The position numbers and the translations under genes were made by a program. Positions 60,707 to 64,000 of a DNA stretch of 64,000 nt are shown in pieces; position 1 is the stretch's first letter, and each line of letters opens with the position of its first letter. Below the pieces are notes generated by a model, which was not told where the DNA came from, did not search any database, and saw nothing but the letters and a program-made list of their open reading frames with translations. The stretch lies in contig DATDPG010000019.1 in the NCBI GenBank assembly GCA_035292885.1, positions 59,570 through 123,569 of the forward strand. The letters are read 5' to 3'. The stretch comes from Bdellovibrionota bacterium (GTDB lineage: Bacteria; Bdellovibrionota_G; JALEGL01; DATDPG01).

Positions 60707-61870
60707 ATGACCGTCGAGCAGATCATCGGGCGCTGTCAGGTGCTCTACGACGATCTGGAATTCAAATACGTCCGAGAATGGAAATCGAAAAAAGCCGGGC
60801 GCAAAGCGGTGGGTTACATGCCGATCTATATCCCCCGGGAGCTGGTGCGGGCGGCCGGTATTCTTCCCGTCGGCCTGATGGGCGGGGGGGACCAGCTGGA
60901 AATCATCCGCGGAGATTCGTACTTTCAGTCATACATCTGCCACATTCCGCGAAGCACGATCGAACTGGGTCTCCTCAAGAGATTCGATGACCTCGATGGT
61001 TTGATCTTTCCGAGCACGTGCGACGTCATCCGAAACCTGTCGGGGATGTGGAAGCTTCTGTTTCCCGACCGGTACGTGAAATATTTTGATGTTCCGCAGA
61101 ATTTCGACCGAAATACGGCGGGAACGTATTACCGCCACGAGCTTCAGACGCTGCAAACGGATTTCGAACGGTTGTCCGGACAAGAGATTTCGGCGGAAGG
61201 ACTTCGAAAGGCGATCCGGCTCTATAACGAGAACCGGCGCTTGATTCGGGAGCTGTACGATCTTCGCTGCGAGCGGCCCTGGCTCGTTCCAACGACCGAG
61301 AGCTACCTGCTCCTTCGAGCGGGAAATCTCCTGGACGTCGAAGAGCACAATCGAATGCTGGCGGACTACCTCCGAGCCGTCATTCGCGTCGACCGCCGTC
61401 CTCTGGACAACAGCCGGGTCGTGATCCGGGGCGTTTTCTGCGAGCAGCCGCCGCTCAACCTGATCAAGACCTTGGAACGTTCGGGCTGTTACATCGTGGA
61501 AGACGATTTCGTCCTGGTCTCCCGCTGGATTCGAGGAGACATCCCCACCGAGGGGGACCCGCTCGAGAATCTGGTTCGCGCCTTTTTGGAGGACAGCGTG
61601 GAAACCGCCGTTCGGTACGACAGCGCGGACGAAAAAGGAACCCGATTGATCGAAATCGTCCGAAAGCGAAAAGCGGACGGCGTGATTTTTTGTGCGCCCA
61701 GTTTCTGCGATCCGGCACTTCTGGACCAGCCGATGTTGACGGCGGCTCTGGAAAAAGAGGAGATTCCTTATACGCACTTCAAGTTCGCCGAGAACACCGG
61801 GCAGTTTCAGGTCATCCGGGAGCAGGCCGGAACCTTTTCGGACTCCGTGAAACTTTGGGGGACCCTATGA
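60707..61870 (+). CDS. bcrC: Benzoyl-CoA reductase / 2-hydroxyacyl-CoA dehydratase family subunit (BcrC/BadD-like)
   Basis: 387 aa. KAVGYMPIYIPRELVRAAGILPVGLMG...YICHIPRSTIE...FPSTCDVIRN is an HGD-D-type fold signature. Confidence 0.7.
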   Translation: MTVEQIIGRCQVLYDDLEFKYVREWKSKKAGRKAVGYMPIYIPRELVRAAGILPVGLMGGGDQLEIIRGDSYFQSYICHIPRSTIELGLLKRFDDLDGLIFPSTCDVIRNLSGMWKLLFPDRYVKYFDVPQNFDRNTAGTYYRHELQTLQTDFERLSGQEISAEGLRKAIRLYNENRRLIRELYDLRCERPWLVPTTESYLLLRAGNLLDVEEHNRMLADYLRAVIRVDRRPLDNSRVVIRGVFCEQPPLNLIKTLERSGCYIVEDDFVLVSRWIRGDIPTEGDPLENLVRAFLEDSVETAVRYDSADEKGTRLIEIVRKRKADGVIFCAPSFCDPALLDQPMLTAALEKEEIPYTHFKFAENTGQFQVIREQAGTFSDSVKLWGTL

Positions 61871-63141
61871 GCGGAAAAATTCAAAAAGAACAGAGCATGG
61901 TCGTTCAAAAAGAAATGATCGCCGACTATTACAGCCGTCTTTCCCGGGCGCACGACGAAGGGAAGAAGGTCGTCTACACGTTTGTCCCCGGAAATTTGAT
62001 TGAATTGATCGACGCGCTCGGATTTTTGCCCGGTCTACCCGAGATCAACGCTCTTCAATCGGGGATGCGCGGCAAGTCGGCGGGGTACATCGCCGAGGCG
62101 GAAAAGGCGGGACATTCGGAAGATGTCTGCACGTACGTCAAGTGCGACATCGGGATGAAAAAATCGGGAAACATCGGTCCGACCGGCGAGAAAATTCCCG
62201 AACCGGATCTGTTGCTCCTGTCGTACACCGGCTGCTTCACCTTCATGAAATGGTTCGAGCTTCTCCGGAAGGAATACAACTGCCCGGTGGCGATGCTCCA
62301 CGTTCCCTACCAAGCGGACGGCGTCATCACCGACAACATGCGCAACTACGTCGTCGACCAGTTAAAAAACAACATTATCCCGACCATGGAAAAGGTGGTC
62401 GGTCGAAAGCTCGATCTGGACGAATTGTCGGCCCGCATGGCTCGCTCGGCGAAGGCGGAAGACGATTTGGTAAGCGTGTTCCAGTCGGCCAAGAAACGGC
62501 CGTCGCCGATCGACGCGTATTTCGGGGGCGTCTATTATATCGGGCCGATCTTCACGGCGTTCCGGGGCAGCGAAGCGTGCCAGACCTATTACCGCGTTCT
62601 CCGCGGTGAAGTGGAAGAGCGGATCGAGGAGCACAAAGGGCCGGTGACGCCCGAAGGGGACATTTCGCAGGAAAAATACCGTCTCGTCGTAGAGGGGCCT
62701 CCCAATTGGACCAACTTCCGGGAGTTCTGGAAGATGTTTTACGATGAGGGGGCGGTCGTTGTCGCCTCGACCTATACGAAAGTCGGGGGCGTCTACGACC
62801 GAGGCTTCCGGCACGATCCGAATCGTCCGCTCGAATCGCTCGCCGAGTACTGTCTCGGCTGTTACACGAACTTGAATCTCCCGTCGCGGATTTCGATGCT
62901 GGAAAAATATGTGAAGGAGTACGACGCGGACGGCTTTCTCATCAATTCGGTCAAGAGCTGCAATTCCTTCTCGGCCGGACAGCTTTTGATTTTGAGGGAA
63001 CTCGAAGCCCGCACGGGAAAGGCGGGAGCGTTCATCGAGACGGACCTCGTCGACCCCCGGTACTTCTCGGCGTCGAACGTGAAGACTCGACTTGAGTCGT
63101 ACTTTCGAATGATCGACATGAAAAGGGCAAGGGCAGCCTAG
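61867..63141 (+). CDS. bcrB: Benzoyl-CoA reductase / 2-hydroxyacyl-CoA dehydratase family subunit (BcrB/BadE-like)
   Basis: Real start MSGKIQKEQ in an ATGA overlap with the bcrC stop (the track ORF start 61690 is an extension). KKVVYTFVPGNLIELIDALGFLPGLPE...CTYVKCDIG...SYTGCFTFMKW...VKSCNSF. Confidence 0.7.
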   Translation: MSGKIQKEQSMVVQKEMIADYYSRLSRAHDEGKKVVYTFVPGNLIELIDALGFLPGLPEINALQSGMRGKSAGYIAEAEKAGHSEDVCTYVKCDIGMKKSGNIGPTGEKIPEPDLLLLSYTGCFTFMKWFELLRKEYNCPVAMLHVPYQADGVITDNMRNYVVDQLKNNIIPTMEKVVGRKLDLDELSARMARSAKAEDDLVSVFQSAKKRPSPIDAYFGGVYYIGPIFTAFRGSEACQTYYRVLRGEVEERIEEHKGPVTPEGDISQEKYRLVVEGPPNWTNFREFWKMFYDEGAVVVASTYTKVGGVYDRGFRHDPNRPLESLAEYCLGCYTNLNLPSRISMLEKYVKEYDADGFLINSVKSCNSFSAGQLLILRELEARTGKAGAFIETDLVDPRYFSASNVKTRLESYFRMIDMKRARAA

Positions 63142-63142
63142 T

Positions 63143-63303
63143 GTCCCGAGCCCGAAATAGATTGATAACAAAGGTCGCCGATGCGCCCGGATGGCAAGGC
63201 GCGACGACGAAGGCGTACTTGCAAAGCTGTACGTCGAGGAGGAGCAACGCAGCCAGCCGGGATGCAGCGGAGGCCGTCTATCAAGATATGTCGGGCTCGG
63301 GGC
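63143..63303 (-). mobile_element. 161-bp palindromic MITE-like element, copy B (inverted relative to copy A)
   Basis: The reverse complement aligns gap-free with 54218..54378 (9 mismatches). Fills the bcrB-bcrA spacer. Confidence 0.7.
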
Positions 63304-63309
63304 ACTAAG

Positions 63310-64000
63310 GTGGAGTGCTTTATCGGAATTGACTTGGGATCGACCACCACAAAAGCGGTCATCATCGATCGAAACCGGAATATTTTGGGCAGTGGAATTA
63401 CGAACAGCCGGAGTAATTATGACGTCGCCTGCAAGATCGCCCGCGAGGAGGCGTTCACAAACGCCCGCTTCTCTCTGATTCGCGGTAAGGCAAAGCAGCG
63501 GGGCTTGCTGAATTCGGAGGGAGAGAAGGCCCTGGTCCGACTCGGAAACGAATTTTTCGTCCAAGACTTTTTGATCCAGTTGTGGAACCTTCGCGATTTA
63601 GCCACGGAACGGCTTCGGAACGAGCGCTATGCAACTTCCCGATTGACACTGCAAAAAATTCTCAGAGAAATATTTGAAGATATTGAAGAAAAGGCGATGA
63701 AAGACGTCGGGGGAGGGGGGAGACGAAAATCGGACTTTTTCCGAGATCTGGCCGGAGCCTATTATCAAGAATCGGCGGAACGTTACGCCCGGGAGGGAAA
63801 AATCCCCTTCGAGCTGCTGATGAGCGTGTTCGACGGCGTGATTTTTCTTGTCGAGAATTCGATGGAGGAAAAAGGATTCGCTGAAATCATGAAAGGTCTC
63901 TTCGACCGGGTCGGCTTCGGCATCTTCCCGAAGGAACGGGAAACCGATTGGCGGGAGTTGATCGAGGCAACGGCCTCCACGCCTTTCAATGAAGCGGGAA
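63310..64000 (+). CDS. bcrA: BcrA/BadF/BzdQ-type ATPase subunit (BadF/BadG/BcrA/BcrD family), 5' part; runs off window end
   Basis: Open-ended, so absent from the track. Hand translation from GTG 63310 gives VECFIGIDLGSTTTKAVIIDRNRNILGSGITNSRSNYDVACKIAREEAF... (acetate/sugar-kinase-fold phosphate-1 motif). Confidence 0.75.
   Translation, partial: MECFIGIDLGSTTTKAVIIDRNRNILGSGITNSRSNYDVACKIAREEAFTNARFSLIRGKAKQRGLLNSEGEKALVRLGNEFFVQDFLIQLWNLRDLATERLRNERYATSRLTLQKILREIFEDIEEKAMKDVGGGGRRKSDFFRDLAGAYYQESAERYAREGKIPFELLMSVFDGVIFLVENSMEEKGFAEIMKGLFDRVGFGIFPKERETDWRELIEATASTPFNEAG

Noticed and set aside
63181-63309. In-frame ATG inside MITE-like copy B that would extend bcrA by 43 codons
   Set aside because: The extension would be translated repeat sequence (MRPDGKARRRRRTCKAV...). 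BcrA/BadF-type proteins start just before the GIDLGST motif, so GVG 63310 is preferred -- correction: GTG 63310 is preferred. Retained only as a possible consequence of the insertion.
62362-63564. 400-aa minus-strand ORF
   Set aside because: It is antisense to bcrB, the MITE-like copy B and the bcrA start. It would have to read through a repeat element, and it has no recognisable motif.
1-64000. tRNA, rRNA, CRISPR arrays, integrase/transposase genes
   Set aside because: Scanning by eye found no T-loop GTTCGAATC-type cloverleaf candidates outside coding frames. There were no regularly spaced direct repeats and no recombinase-like ORFs. Absence by eye is not proof; tRNAscan/Infernal/CRISPR finders should confirm.

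Overview
64-kb high-GC bacterial chromosomal window with about 65 genes. I found no rRNA, tRNA or CRISPR by eye. The domain repertoire (many Hanks kinases, PilZ, TSP3/MopE-like lipoprotein, Geobacter-style cytochromes) suggests an anaerobic deltaproteobacterium-like organism, but this is inference only.

Left end: a stress and sensing neighbourhood. It holds a partial radical-SAM enzyme, an AlgE-type porin, four stand-alone CBS-pair proteins, NnrS, Hsp20, Usp and a Hanks-type kinase fused to two PilZ domains. NAD-malic enzyme and feoB-feoA follow.

Core (12.6-51.3 kb): a very haem-dense respiratory supercluster. Twelve c-type cytochrome genes carry 70 canonical CXXCH motifs (hand count). It contains:
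- two paralogous porin-cytochrome modules;
- an ACIII/Qrc/Psr-like pentahaem-molybdopterin-FeS-NrfD complex;
- a Rieske/cytochrome b complex with a nonahaem partner;
- a CbcL-like multihaem-c/dihaem-b fusion;
- a 1180-aa surface lipoprotein octahaem cytochrome with PKD-like and unrecognised Cys-rich repeat modules.

The best candidate for an undescribed system is the five-gene block at 43.2-51.3 kb. It appears to encode a complete route from the quinone pool to the cell surface.

The supercluster is interrupted by a signalling/envelope island: two paralogous membrane kinases around a transporter-HEAT fusion, an Omp85-like barrel plus a kinase-like lipoprotein, and a PAP2 phosphatase. Three toxin-antitoxin-type cassettes also interrupt it, and a fourth (BrnTA) lies at the right end.

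Right end: a di-PilZ protein, glutamate dehydrogenase, a PEP-utilising-like enzyme and a Thauera-type benzoyl-CoA cluster (had-oah-dch-bcrC-bcrB-bcrA...). Two inverted copies of a 161-bp palindromic MITE-like element bracket and split this region. A BrnTA cassette there is flanked by 97-bp direct repeats of the host gene 3' end.

All calls rest on hand translation, motif recognition and remembered family signatures. No database search was run.
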